64,000 nt of DNA from contig JAXHMY010000003.1 of assembly GCA_034520965.1 (NCBI GenBank), forward strand, positions 352,001 to 416,000, written 5' to 3'. The DNA is from Spirochaetia bacterium. GTDB lineage: Bacteria; Spirochaetota; Spirochaetia; DSM-16054; Sediminispirochaetaceae. The notes under the pieces were generated by a model. It did no database searches, was not told where the DNA came from, and saw only the letters and a program-made list of their open reading frames with translations. Of the stretch, positions 22,536-33,479 are shown in pieces (positions within the stretch are counted from its first letter, which is position 1; each line of letters starts with the position of its first letter). Both the position numbers and the translations under genes were made by a program.

Positions 22536-24790
22536 TTAGAATCGATCAAAATCATCATCCTCAAGTGATATCTGATCTTCAGGTTTCACCGGGGTAATCC
22601 CGGTCTCATTCTTAGACTTTTGGCCGCCTTTACCCCATCCGCCGGCAGTATTCTGCTGAGTCTTTCTCCGAGTCTGTTGCTGCTGTCCAAGGTTATTCAG
22701 ATGACTCCCCTGGGTAAGGAGCTTGGCTCCCCCGCCGATGGAGCGCTCATTGAGTTTGAACTGTGCAACCATGCTGCGCAGCTGCTGGGCCTGTCCGGCA
22801 AGCTCTTCGGAGGCTGAGGCACTCTCCTCTGCACTGGCGGTACTCGCCTGGGTGGCCTGGTCTATCTGATCGAGCCCCTCGGTTATCTGCTCAATTGCCT
22901 GGGCCTGCTCACGGCTGGCCTGGGCTATCTCCTCTAGGAAGTTTGCCACCTTTCCCGAACCTTCAACAATGGATGTGAGCTGTTTGCCCGTCGCTTCGGC
23001 GGCCTCGGTACCCTGCTTAATGTTGGTCACCGTCTCGGTTACCATCTGGGTGGTCTCTTTTACCGAGTCGGTACTCTTTACCGCGAGGTTCCGCACCTCG
23101 TCCGCCACTACCGCGAAGCCCTTGCCGTACTTCCCGGCCCGGGCAGCTTCCACATTTGCGTTGAGCGCCAGAAGATTGATCTGGAAGGCGATGTCGTCTA
23201 TAACCTTTACCACCTTGTTTATTTCATCTGAGGAGGCGTTTATCTTCTCCATTACTTCGGCAAGCTGCTGCATCTGCCTGTTTCCCGCCTCCGCGTCCTC
23301 GGTGGCTTTTTTGGCTATTCCGTGGGCCTCGGTGGCGTTTTCGGCGTTCTGCTTGCTACTGGCTGTTTATCTCGTTGGCAGAGCTGGTTATCTCCTCGAG
23401 GCTGCTCGCCTGTTCGGTTGCCCCCTGGCTCAGGTTCTGGCTGGCCTGGCTCACCTGATCGGCTCCGCTGTTTACCTGCTCAACCGAACTGTTCACCTGG
23501 CCGAGGAGCTCGTTAAGAGATTCTACCATTGCGCGCAGGGAGTAGCCAAGTTTATCCTTGTCCGAGGCGGGTTCCACCTCTACGGTAAGATCCTTCTGTG
23601 CTATCCGTGTTACCATCTGCTCCTTGTACTGCAGGCTTTTGAGCATAAATCGCAAGGCATCGGCAAGCTTGCCCACCTCGTCTTTCTGCTCTACATCCAG
23701 ATGCGATATCGAGATTGCCCGAAGAGACATCCTCGGCAAATCGCACTCCCTTCGCCAGCGGTGCGGTAATACCCCGGGTCAAAATGACTCCCAGAATAAG
23801 GGCCAGGACAACTCCTAAAATCATCCCGATTAATGCTATCAATTCCACCTGCGCCCCATCTGCATCGGCAGTTGCTACGCTCTCTTTGGCTATATTCTCA
23901 TTTATATGAATAATCTCATCGAGGACAGCCATAGCCTCGTAGGCTTTATCTGTTAGGGGGCCAACCACGAGCTCGATCATCTCATTACGCCGGGCATTCG
24001 CTTTATCTGCAATCCCGAGAATGTTTTTAAAACCTTCGAAGACCTCATCCGAGGCAGTCAGCATCTCATTTTCAAAAATACCTATGGCCGCCTCGATGTT
24101 CCCCGCCCGGTACTCATCCCGTATATCATTCACGGCGTAGTGGAAGCGGTCGTGGGGCTCCTGTATCTCTTCAAGAAGTCCGTCCAGTTCCGAATTGCGG
24201 GTGGAAAAGTCCCGGAGCCATCGGCCAAAGTTACAGGCAGTGGGATCCCCCCCGCCTTCGAACTCTCTGTCGCTAAGCAGAAGCTGCGCCACATTAAGCT
24301 CCAGGGCATAGTGGTCCTTCTGAAACCGCTCGATCAAGGCGACCAGGCCGGTAGGACTCAAAATGTTGAAGGCCTCGAACTCTTTGTTGAGCTGCAGCCA
24401 TCTATCGTTCTCCTTGGCCCAGTCACCGATCTCCTCTTCAAACTGACTGCTCAGCTGTTCCTCTTCGGCGGTGGCGGGGAGGGTAAGGAAGTACTCCCAT
24501 ACTTCGTGGTACTCAGCCCGAGACTGGTGAAAATCCTCCAAATAATCTGCCCGTGCGTCGGCATCGATCTTTCCGGACAAAAGCGTCCGCTGGACGACCA
24601 TCAACTCCTCCAGGGCAATTTCAGCTTCCAGCAGACTCTCTATACTCGGCAGGCGTACATCTCCGATCTCATGCAGATGTCCCTGCAGCTGGCGCGACCC
24701 GTTCCAGCCGAAAAACCCGACTGTCAGCACGATTAGCGCGACAATGGAAAATCCACCGATCAGCTTTACTCCAATTTTAATGTTCTTCAT
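22536..24790 (-). CDS. MCP with 4HB+CZB periplasmic domain (copy 1; single-base insertions near 23358 and 23703)
   Basis: Three ORF pieces collinear with the intact paralog at 41219-43495; [18 protein letters not shown]-terminal DFDRF. Confidence 0.9.
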
Positions 24791-25294
24791 TCCTTTTTCC
24801 TCCTGATATCTTTGTCTTCACTATTGTAAAGCCGTATAATCTCTTCTACGACTCTTTCATACTCTTCAGTTTTGTCGAAAAATAGATCGGATCCCAGCTC
24901 CAGACTCTTCTCCCTCACCCTCTTACTCAGCAGAGGTAAGAATCGCGGTGAGGTCTTCTTCGATTTTATCAACAAGGCGCATTCTTTCGGGATCTTGAAT
25001 ATCGGTCTGGGCAGTCACTACAAAAGAGCTCGTCTCCTCATAATACTCATTAACCTCTTCAACATCTGTCTCTTCACCTCGAATGAGAAAATCCTTCACA
25101 TTCATCCGAACCATCAGCATATTCTCTTGAAGCTCATTCATCATGTTGGAATCAACCGCCCATTTCTTGTACTGAACAAAGTCTTCTGATGCCCGGTTGA
25201 AAAAAAATACTGCAACGCCGCTTACAAGCAGTAAAAGCATAATCAGTAACAAAAAACCGCTTGTAATATTAGTACGCATTTTCATTTGAGCCAT
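24787..25294 (-). pseudogene. Orphan chemoreceptor-type N-terminus (TM1 plus part of periplasmic bundle)
   Basis: MKMRTNITSGFLLLIMLLLLVSGVAV then LQENMLMVRMNVKDFL; no TM2, HAMP or signalling domain. Confidence 0.6.
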
Positions 25295-25308
25295 ATTTCT
25301 CTACTTAT

Positions 25309-25683
25309 TTATGTTTTTTTCTTTGTACTTTTCATACTGCCAAGCAGTGTAATAACCTTATTAAACTCAGTCGACTTATCGAAAAAATGCTGAGCCCCTA
25401 GCTCAAGAGACTTTTTTTTGTAGTATTCCGTTGCATAGTTTGTGAGCACAATTACCTCTACTTCGATATTCTGTTCTTTAATATAAGAAAGGACATCCAG
25501 TCCCGAGCCTCCCGGCATATGGAGGTCGAGTATTACCACATCCGGCAGGCTATGCCTTATGTGCTCGATGGCATGGGGTACATCCACAGCCTCGGAAATC
25601 TGTTCTACCCCTTCGATACGGCTTATCAAATTGATCAAGTTTCTTCTTATTAATCGAGAGTCATCGGAAAGTAAAATATGCAT
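25309..25683 (-). CDS. Single-domain response regulator
   Basis: LLSDDS, ILDLHMPGGSG, VLTN, FFDK. Confidence 0.9.
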   Translation of the reverse strand: MHILLSDDSRLIRRNLINLISRIEGVEQISEAVDVPHAIEHIRHSLPDVVILDLHMPGGSGLDVLSYIKEQNIEVEVIVLTNYATEYYKKKSLELGAQHFFDKSTEFNKVITLLGSMKSTKKKT

Positions 25684-25758
25684 CCCTTTAGTCCTTCCTC
25701 AGTGAACTACATTAAAGGAGGATGATTGAGTTGTATGTAGTAGATTTTATGATTTTTC

Positions 25759-25776
25759 TGTAGCAAAAACGCTACA
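25759..25776. promoter_or_regulatory. Putative NarL/GacA-type operator palindrome
   Basis: TGTAGC-N6-GCTACA upstream of the 25683 gene. Confidence 0.4.
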
Positions 25777-25780
25777 AAGT

Positions 25781-26416
25781 TCAGGAATCGAAAAGTTTAT
25801 ATCTGTATGCATAGTGAATGAGCTCTCCGATTGTGTTGAGGCCGAGTTTTTCCATAATGCGTTGTTTGTAAGTATGGACGGTACTTACCCCAACATGAAG
25901 CGCCTCGGCAATATCTGAGACTCTTTCGCCGTCTGCCAGGTGCAGGAGAACCTGAAATTCCCTGTGTGAGAGTCGATGGTGGGGAAGGTCGGGGTGTGTT
26001 TTCCCGACTTCAGAGGCAAGTTCCTCAGCCAAAGTATCACTGATATATTTACCCCCACTAAAAGCTTTTCGTATCGCCCTCTCCAAGTCTTCCGGCGAAC
26101 TTCCCTTTGTGAGATATCCGCTGGCACCATTCTCAAGAGCTCTTTTTGCAAACCTCTCTTCGGAATGCATACTGAGTATGAGAACACCTATGGTGGGATG
26201 GGAGTTTTTGATATCATTCAGAACTTCGAGTCCATTACGGTCGGGCAGCCCAATGTCGAGAATGATGATATCGCAGGTTACACTCTCGCAAATGCTCAAG
26301 AGTTCTCCGGCAGTTTCAGCTTCCGCTACATACTCCATGTCCTCTATCCGATCGATATACTGCCTAAACCCTCTTCTAATCAAGTGATGATCATCGGCTA
26401 TGACAATTCGTATCAC
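25781..26416 (-). CDS. NarL/UvrY-family response regulator
   Basis: IADDH receiver plus LSHREFQVL...STVHTYKQRIMEKL LuxR HTH. Confidence 0.93.
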   Translation of the reverse strand: MIRIVIADDHHLIRRGFRQYIDRIEDMEYVAEAETAGELLSICESVTCDIIILDIGLPDRNGLEVLNDIKNSHPTIGVLILSMHSEERFAKRALENGASGYLTKGSSPEDLERAIRKAFSGGKYISDTLAEELASEVGKTHPDLPHHRLSHREFQVLLHLADGERVSDIAEALHVGVSTVHTYKQRIMEKLGLNTIGELIHYAYRYKLFDS

Positions 26417-26420
26417 TTAC

Positions 26421-27494
26421 TCAATCTCCATTGGATATCGGCATGTGCATATAGACCTCGGTACCGTGCCCAGGCGTGCTTTGTATATTTACGTCTCCGC
26501 CGAATTGCATTGCACGCTCCTTCATCCCCAATAGTCCGAATGAATCCCTCATGCATTTGCCCTCCGGATCAAAACCACGACCGTTGTCACGTACCCGCAC
26601 TTTGATATTTTTTTTATCCAAGGAACTTATTACCTCCACTTCAGAAGCTTCTGCATACCTGGCACAATTCGTGAGAGATTCCTGCACTATGCGATATATT
26701 GCCAGCGCCTTATTCTTCTCAATTTCACAATCCTTATTCGGTTTCGTAAAACGTATCGGAAGAGCCATTCTTCTTTTGATCTCACTCACTTGCAATTCTA
26801 AAGCCTCTATTATTCCCGAAGAGTCGAGTACGGAGGGTTTTAACTGCCACGAAAGTTCTCTTGTCTTCTGTATTGTTTCGCCTATGGTATTTTTCATCTC
26901 AGAGATTATTGCTTTTATACTTTCACAGCCATGTAGATCTTTGTGATTACTCATGTCACTTTCGATCACCGCAAGACTCATCTGCAGGGAGGTAAGAGAC
27001 TGTCCTAACTCATCGTGTATTTCTTTAGCTATAAAGGCGTTTTGCTCTTCCCGTATGGTATGGCTGTGCTGTAATAGCTCTCTGTATTTGTTCTCACTGT
27101 TGATGTGAGCCTTTGTGCGTTCAAATAGTTTTAATGCCATTTCCACAGTAGCGAGGATAAACTGTTCATTGCCGGGTACTTTCTGTATATACCCGTACTT
27201 AGTCATATCTCGAGTGGTGTCGAGGGTGGCTTTATCGGTGTATGCTGAATGAAGGACTACCGGAATATCATACCTTTCATAAATCTTCTTCGTTACCTCG
27301 GGTCCCTTCATTCGACCTTTTCCGAGGTTGATGTCCATGAGTATCACATCAGGAATAACACCTTCGGCTAATCTATCCAAACAGGGTTCCCCATGGGGAA
27401 AGATCTCCACAGAGTACCTGTTCTTTTCGAGAAACCTTTTTAACTGCTCACTGAGGATCATCTCATCTTCTACTATGAATAACTTTTTGCGCAT
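26421..27494 (-). CDS. Hybrid receiver-HisKA_3 histidine kinase
   Basis: N-terminal receiver; IAKEIHDELGQSL, RIVQESLTN, DNGRGF, GLLGMKER. Confidence 0.92.
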   Translation of the reverse strand: MRKKLFIVEDEMILSEQLKRFLEKNRYSVEIFPHGEPCLDRLAEGVIPDVILMDINLGKGRMKGPEVTKKIYERYDIPVVLHSAYTDKATLDTTRDMTKYGYIQKVPGNEQFILATVEMALKLFERTKAHINSENKYRELLQHSHTIREEQNAFIAKEIHDELGQSLTSLQMSLAVIESDMSNHKDLHGCESIKAIISEMKNTIGETIQKTRELSWQLKPSVLDSSGIIEALELQVSEIKRRMALPIRFTKPNKDCEIEKNKALAIYRIVQESLTNCARYAEASEVEVISSLDKKNIKVRVRDNGRGFDPEGKCMRDSFGLLGMKERAMQFGGDVNIQSTPGHGTEVYMHMPISNGD

Positions 27495-27737
27495 ATCTAA
27501 TTATCAACCTAAAAATGATTATTTTCACTACTATTATCGTCTTGTATCTATTGGTTTTTTAATAATAAAAAAATTTCGAAAAAACATAATTGCCCATAAA
27601 TTGAAGGCACTAATAGCAGGCTGTCTGGTTTAAGGAATTAGAGCAATTTGTTAAATTAATTTGACATAGGTGGTTATTAAAATTATTTTATAAACACAGT
27701 CTATTCTCCAAAGCTAAAATATAAAAGACGGGGACCA

Positions 27738-28373
27738 ATGATTAGAGAAAAACACTATTCCACCTACCTTCAGGCCCTGCTAAGTGGAGACCAAAAACGG
27801 TGCACAGAGATAGTGTCACAACTCTTGGATGAAAAAGTTGATATTAAGATGCTCTACAACCAATTGTTTCAACGAAGCCTTTATGAGACCGGTGAATTAT
27901 GGGAGATGAACAAGATTTCTGTTGCTACAGAACATCTTGCTACATCAATCACAGAAAGTCTGCTTACACTTGTATATCCTATTATTTTTTCAAAGCCCCA
28001 CAATGAACGTACTGCAATCGTTAGCTGCGTGGCGAATGAGTTCCATCAAATTGGTGGTAAGATAGTTGCTGATTTCCTAGAGTTGAATGGCTGGCACGCA
28101 CATTTTCTTGGAGCTAATACACCTGTTAAGGATTTAGTTGAGTTTATAGACAAAAAGGAACCGGATCTTGTAGCGTTATCTTTATCTTTGTATTTTAATT
28201 TGCCCAAATTGCATAAGACAATTGAGGTTATTAGAGCACATAACCAAAAATTGCCTATTCTTGTTGGTGGTCAAGCTTTTCGGTGGGGAGGTCAAGAACT
28301 TCAATATGGTTATGAAGGGGTTAGACTCCTTACCTCCCTTGATGAGTTAGAATCAGTCATGAAAACTTACTAA
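27738..28373 (+). CDS. Stand-alone cobalamin (B12)-binding protein
   Basis: Helical cap with GELW-x9-EH and Rossmann part with EFHQIGG, LGANTP, VGGQAF. Confidence 0.9.
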   Translation: MIREKHYSTYLQALLSGDQKRCTEIVSQLLDEKVDIKMLYNQLFQRSLYETGELWEMNKISVATEHLATSITESLLTLVYPIIFSKPHNERTAIVSCVANEFHQIGGKIVADFLELNGWHAHFLGANTPVKDLVEFIDKKEPDLVALSLSLYFNLPKLHKTIEVIRAHNQKLPILVGGQAFRWGGQELQYGYEGVRLLTSLDELESVMKTY

Positions 28374-28374
28374 G

Positions 28375-29481
28375 ATGAATTTGAAACTTATAGAGCACAT
28401 AAGAACCAATGCTCCCATATTATATATTGAACTAGACTCTAAAGGCTATATTGATATGGTCAATGAGTTCACTACACAACTAGTAGGGAAAAATCCATCA
28501 GGCTTACATTACCGTGAAGTTATTATAGATTTTACAGAATCGATTGATATACAAGCGCTTTCACAAAAACCGGAAAACTCTCACCGTATCAGCATTTCAA
28601 ATTCTTCTAATCTTCCTATAGACTTTCAGTGTGCGTTTCTATTTATGAACGATCGATATCTCATAATTGGTTCGACCGATTATCAGGAGTTTGCTATCGT
28701 TCAGAAGGAGATATTAAATCTTAATCAACAACTCAGCAATACAACCCGTGAACTCCATAAAAGCAATGCAGAGCTCTCTCGCTTAAATAAAATGAAGAAC
28801 GAGTTTCTTGGGATGGCCACCCATGATCTTCGGAGTCCATTAGGTTTAATAATGACTTTCAGTGAGTTCCTGATTGATGAAACAGGAGAAAATCTATCGG
28901 AGGAACACAACTATTATCTACAAAAAATACACTCTTCTTGTTATTATATGAGACAAATAGTTGACGACTACCTTGATGTTACTAAAATAGAATCAGGTAA
29001 TATCGACCTAAACATACAGTTCACTAACATTCCAAAAATTATCGAGCAAGTGATCAGTGTTGCCGAAATTCAGGCTAAAAAAAAGAGTATAGAACTTATA
29101 GTGAAGCAGGATGCGGATATACCACAAATAGAACTCGATCCTGAAAAGATTGAACAAGTTTTGAGGAATATCATAACAAATGCCGTCGACCATTCTAATG
29201 AGCACAGTAGTGTATTCCTTCGAACTAAACTTGTTGATAACTCAATTCATATAGAGATCGAAGATCATGGTGTAGGAATCCCTAATAAGGATCTACCTAT
29301 TCTTTTCAATCCCTTTGAAAGAAAAACTTCCAGGAAAACTGGAGGAGAAAAAAGTACTGGTTTAGGTTTAGTTATAGCACGGAAGATAATAGATGCGCAC
29401 AAAGGTGAAATAAAAATTGAAAGTAAGGAAGGTGAAGGAACCACCATCAAAATATTATTACCAATTACCAATAAGGAGTAA
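28375..29481 (+). CDS. Cytoplasmic sensor histidine kinase (PAS-like, coiled coil, HisKA, HATPase)
   Basis: ATHDLRSPL, NIITNA, DHGVGI, STGLGL; no TM segment. Confidence 0.92.
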   Translation: MNLKLIEHIRTNAPILYIELDSKGYIDMVNEFTTQLVGKNPSGLHYREVIIDFTESIDIQALSQKPENSHRISISNSSNLPIDFQCAFLFMNDRYLIIGSTDYQEFAIVQKEILNLNQQLSNTTRELHKSNAELSRLNKMKNEFLGMATHDLRSPLGLIMTFSEFLIDETGENLSEEHNYYLQKIHSSCYYMRQIVDDYLDVTKIESGNIDLNIQFTNIPKIIEQVISVAEIQAKKKSIELIVKQDADIPQIELDPEKIEQVLRNIITNAVDHSNEHSSVFLRTKLVDNSIHIEIEDHGVGIPNKDLPILFNPFERKTSRKTGGEKSTGLGLVIARKIIDAHKGEIKIESKEGEGTTIKILLPITNKE

Positions 29482-29486
29482 AATGT

Positions 29487-29957
29487 ATGACACGAGAAGA
29501 ATTCATACAATCGGCACAGACCTTAGAACAGCCAAGCACCGAGGCCTCCCAAGAATTTGAAGCTGCTGCTGAGCACATTGCCAATGAGCTAAATAAGCAC
29601 ATGACCGCACGTGCTGATCTTGAGAATTTGATTGGAGATATTGCAAATAAAGCTATGCTGGAAGACAATAGCCGTAACTTTTGTAGGTTTATGTCTGCTA
29701 ACTTTCAAAGTTACAAACCTGAGGTTTTTGTCGATACAGTTTTGTGGGTGTTCCGAACTTACCGTTCTCACGGATTCAATATTAGTTTTTGGCCCGCAAA
29801 TGTAGATACTTGTGTGGAAATTATTCGTGAAATTCTTTCAACAGATAGCTTTAATGAGGTATATCCTTTTTATAAATGGATTATTGTAAATATTCCTTCT
29901 TTTACCATCATAAGCGATTCATTCGTTGAACCTTGCAATGAAGATTATTCCGAGTAG
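29487..29957 (+). CDS. Hypothetical all-helical (globin/phycobiliprotein-like) protein
   Basis: 156 aa, AAGGAG RBS; FVDTVLWVFRTYRSHGF resembles helical domains often fused to B12-binding proteins (from memory). Confidence 0.6.
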   Translation: MTREEFIQSAQTLEQPSTEASQEFEAAAEHIANELNKHMTARADLENLIGDIANKAMLEDNSRNFCRFMSANFQSYKPEVFVDTVLWVFRTYRSHGFNISFWPANVDTCVEIIREILSTDSFNEVYPFYKWIIVNIPSFTIISDSFVEPCNEDYSE

Positions 29958-29975
29958 CTCAAAATAGGAAGGTGT

Positions 29976-31400
29976 ATGTCAGCTAAAGATAGACAGGAGA
30001 GTTCAGAGTCTAATGGAAAGCCGCTCATCCTTATTGTGGATGACGATCAAGATATATTGATGATGACCTCTCGTATTTTAAATAAAGCTGGATTTGAAGT
30101 TATTGAAGGATCTTCAGGCGAAGAGTGCTTAAATCTTGCAAGGGAGCATAAACCCGAACTAATACTTCTCGATGTGATGCTGCCTGATATCAATGGTACA
30201 GAGGTATGTCAACGAATAAAAAATGATCGAACTCTCAAGGACTCCTTTTTAATATTACTTTCGGGACAAAGAACCTCCTCAGATGAGCAGGCAGATGGAC
30301 TCACATGTGGTGCAGATGGATATATTGCTCGACCAATTTCACAGCGAGAGCTTATAGCCCGAGTAGAAATAATGCTGCGCTTAAGAAGAGCTCAAATGGA
30401 GACAAAAGCCCATGCAGAAGCTCTTACACTTGAACGGAACAAGTTAACTTCATTATTCGATGGTATTAGCGATATTATCTATGTAGTCGACCCGAATTCA
30501 TATGAGTTACTATACTCTAACCCTGCATTCCGTGAAACCTTTGGGGAGCATCATGAATATGAAAAATGCTACAGAGTACTACATGATCATACCAAACCAT
30601 GCTCATTTTGTGACGTCAATCAGACATTTGGCGATAACTGTTGGAATCATTATTCCTGGGAGTATTTTAATGAAAAAAATAGCCGATGGTATCGCTGTAT
30701 TAATAGATCTATACATTGGCCTAATGGAAATATTGTTTGTTTGCAACAGATGTCTGATATCACTGAACAGAAAAAATTAGAGAACGAGTTAAGACAAACA
30801 GTTAAAGAAAAAGACTTTCTCATGAAAGAACTCAACCACAGGGTAAAAAACAACCTCAATATGGTCTCCTCTCTTATCACTCTGAAGAATGATGAAATCG
30901 AATACGACTTGTCCGATTTGACACACCAAATAAAAGCTATCGGCCTTATCCATGAAAAACTCTACCAAACCGAAAGCCTAACGGAGATTTGTTGCAGGGA
31001 TTACTTCGATGACTTGCTCAATTCCATTTTCTCCTCCTTCACTACACGACGGGTGAGAATTGAAAAAGATATAGAAGATATTTGTGTTTCCACCAAAACA
31101 GCCATGTCCCTCGGGCTCATTATTAATGAGATTGCTACTAATGCGATAAAATATGGTTTCAACGAGAAGGAAGAGGCGGTTTTCTTCGTTATGATGAAAA
31201 AGGACATAGCGAATAGTGAGTACCAGCTCTCCCTTTCAAATACGGGTAATCCTTTCCCGGAAGATATAGATATTAAAAATACCAACACCCTTGGGTTACG
31301 ACTGGTTGATGCTTTGGTTGCACAAATAGACGGTGCTTTAGAACTGCAGAAGAAACCGAATCCAATATTTACTATAAGATTCCCGGATGCAGAGGAATAG
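29976..31400 (+). CDS. Receiver-PAS-HisKA_2 hybrid kinase
   Basis: LIVDDD receiver, PAS with CY...PC.FC, ELNHRVKNNL, NEIATNAIKY. Confidence 0.9.
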   Translation: MSAKDRQESSESNGKPLILIVDDDQDILMMTSRILNKAGFEVIEGSSGEECLNLAREHKPELILLDVMLPDINGTEVCQRIKNDRTLKDSFLILLSGQRTSSDEQADGLTCGADGYIARPISQRELIARVEIMLRLRRAQMETKAHAEALTLERNKLTSLFDGISDIIYVVDPNSYELLYSNPAFRETFGEHHEYEKCYRVLHDHTKPCSFCDVNQTFGDNCWNHYSWEYFNEKNSRWYRCINRSIHWPNGNIVCLQQMSDITEQKKLENELRQTVKEKDFLMKELNHRVKNNLNMVSSLITLKNDEIEYDLSDLTHQIKAIGLIHEKLYQTESLTEICCRDYFDDLLNSIFSSFTTRRVRIEKDIEDICVSTKTAMSLGLIINEIATNAIKYGFNEKEEAVFFVMMKKDIANSEYQLSLSNTGNPFPEDIDIKNTNTLGLRLVDALVAQIDGALELQKKPNPIFTIRFPDAEE

Positions 31401-31679
31401 AGAGCTGTCAGAATAGTCACTATTCTAAATCTGCTAGAGGCTACTGGGCTGTCACTTCTCCCAAGGGAAGAGTCGAACCGATAGCTATCCAGGCATCAGA
31501 GTCCGGTTCCAGTGCTGCACACATCGCTCCGTGAAGCAGGGTAAGCGCTCCGCCCCTAGCCCGCCGGCAAACAGAGGTACATCGACGGCGAATGCAAAGC
31601 CATAGTTTGTCAGAATCTTAACACTTACTCCATATTTACTTGTTACATAGTTATTATGCTTACAATAGGAGGTACTCCA

Positions 31680-31863
31680 ATGAAACAGAGTATAGTTACA
31701 TTGAAATTATTCATGGTACTACTTGGCGTAGGGCTTATCGCCGCCGGCTGTGCAAGCATCCAAAAAACGGCGGAGCCGCAGGTTCGAACCTTCGCTGAAG
31801 GCGAGGTTTACATATCACCGGCTTCTTCACCGGGAGTGCAGGATAGTTTCCAAACCGGAATAA
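31680..31863 (+). pseudogene. Lipoprotein gene truncated by transposon end
   Basis: GGAGG RBS, lipobox IAAGC; reading frame runs into the terminal repeat at 31864. Confidence 0.7.
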
Positions 31864-32087
31864 TGTTCCCCGCCAGCAGTTCCTTCCAGTAAACCTGCAA
31901 ACTTGCCGATAGATATTTCTGTAGGCTGACAGAAAGTTTTTCTCCCTCGCCTGCCAACGAAAAAAGGGTGCCCAACTCCGGTAAGAGTTAACGGGCACCC
32001 GGTAACTGTGAAAGCACCACAGTCATATATACTCTACCCGAATTTACACAAGAATGCCACCTCCTGTATGCACATTATCCCTGTCCA

Positions 32088-32648
32088 TTGTGCGGAAAGG
32101 TTCATCCGCTGACGATTCACACGTCCCCGCGACGCAGTTGGTTTGACGCCAATGGTGAACGCGTATGGATTCGGGTAATAGTAATCAAGTGTGCCCATGC
32201 CCGGGCGGCCGGAAAACAATACACCAAGCGTCTGCTGCCGGATTTCCTTATCCCCTATAGTCCTATCCGGTTGGATCGTGTGCTGGAAGCTGAACGCAGC
32301 CGCCGAGAGGAAGGTGCGAGACTTGAGGACTGTAGTTATATTCTGGGGTGTCTGGAACTGCGGACCGTCCGAAAACATCTCAAGCGCCTGCATACCGCAG
32401 CAGCCTCAGTTGCTTTGCAGTTATCCGAGTACCTGGCACATATCCCGCAGTATGCTCGTTTGCCGGAACCGCAACCGGGGCAGTGCACAGTCCTTCGACT
32501 GAATAGCCTATACCACCGAACCACTGAGGCTGCCGGTGCAGCAGGCCGCCCGGTGACCAGTCTGCGGCAATCCCTGCAGGAACAGTGGTGGAAGCTTGTC
32601 GGTAAACCACCAACCAGTTGTGTATCACGTGTTGCCCGTCCCCCATGA
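32088..32648 (+). CDS. DUF6431-like zinc-finger protein
   Basis: CPLCG (begins just upstream of the TTG), IKC, LLPDFLIPY motif; start codon uncertain. Confidence 0.65.
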   Translation: MCGKVHPLTIHTSPRRSWFDANGERVWIRVIVIKCAHARAAGKQYTKRLLPDFLIPYSPIRLDRVLEAERSRREEGARLEDCSYILGCLELRTVRKHLKRLHTAAASVALQLSEYLAHIPQYARLPEPQPGQCTVLRLNSLYHRTTEAAGAAGRPVTSLRQSLQEQWWKLVGKPPTSCVSRVARPP

Positions 32649-32680
32649 TATATCCAGGGTACTACTGTGAAGGAGGCCCT

Positions 32681-33387
32681 ATGAACGGGAATGACTGGAA
32701 GAATCTGAATTCGAAGGAACTCGACGCATTTCAACGCCGCGTGGCGCTGGTTGAGACGTTGCTGGATGACAACATCGATGAAGCCGTGCGGCAGGAGGTG
32801 CGGCGTGCCTACCTCTATACCCAGGGAGTCAGTGACCGGACGATCCGTAACTACATTCGTCGGTATCGCATGCAGGGACAGCATGGACTGCTGTTCTATC
32901 GTCACACACGATCGGCTTCACCGCGTATTCATGACGAAGCTCTCCGTAACAAAATTCTGGAGCTGATAGAGGAACGGCCGCGACGAACGGTTCCTCAGCT
33001 GCGCAGACTGCTCACCGTTGATGAACAGTTTGCCCCACGCATCGAACTGGTCTCGGATCGTACCATCTACCGGTTTTTGTATGAGCAGGGCCTTACTCAG
33101 AAGGCTCGGATGGCCAAGCGGATACACGGAGACAGGGCGGCATTTCATCGCTTCGAAGCAAGCTGCTCTCTGCAGCTGGTGCAGGGAGATGCCCGTGACG
33201 GAATATGGCTGCCGGCACAGCCGGGCGACACAAAGACCCGGAAAACTTATCTGTTTGCCTGGGTTGATGACTATTCGCGGCGAATCCTGCATGCCCAGTA
33301 TTTCTGGGATGAAAAGCTGCCCAGAATGGAAGCGACCTTCAAGACCATGGTGCTGCGTTGGGGAATACCGGAAAAGCTGTACCTCGA
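32681..33387 (+). pseudogene. DDE transposase (rve/Mu-like), 5' part
   Basis: AAGGAGG RBS; HTHs (SDRTIRNY, SDRTIYRF), LVQGD, YLFAWVDDYSR, PEKLYLD. Confidence 0.92.
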
Positions 33388-33479
33388 TTATGCCGAAGAA
33401 AGCGTAATGCCGAAAACGATGTGCTTCTACTTTCTTTGAAACGAAATAGCCGCAAAAACTTCGGCATAATGTTTTGTGG

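Noticed and set aside
27738..28373. Methyltransferase corrinoid protein
   Set aside because: Has ExHxxG with W-x9-EH rather than DxHxxG, and neighbours are kinases, not methyltransferases
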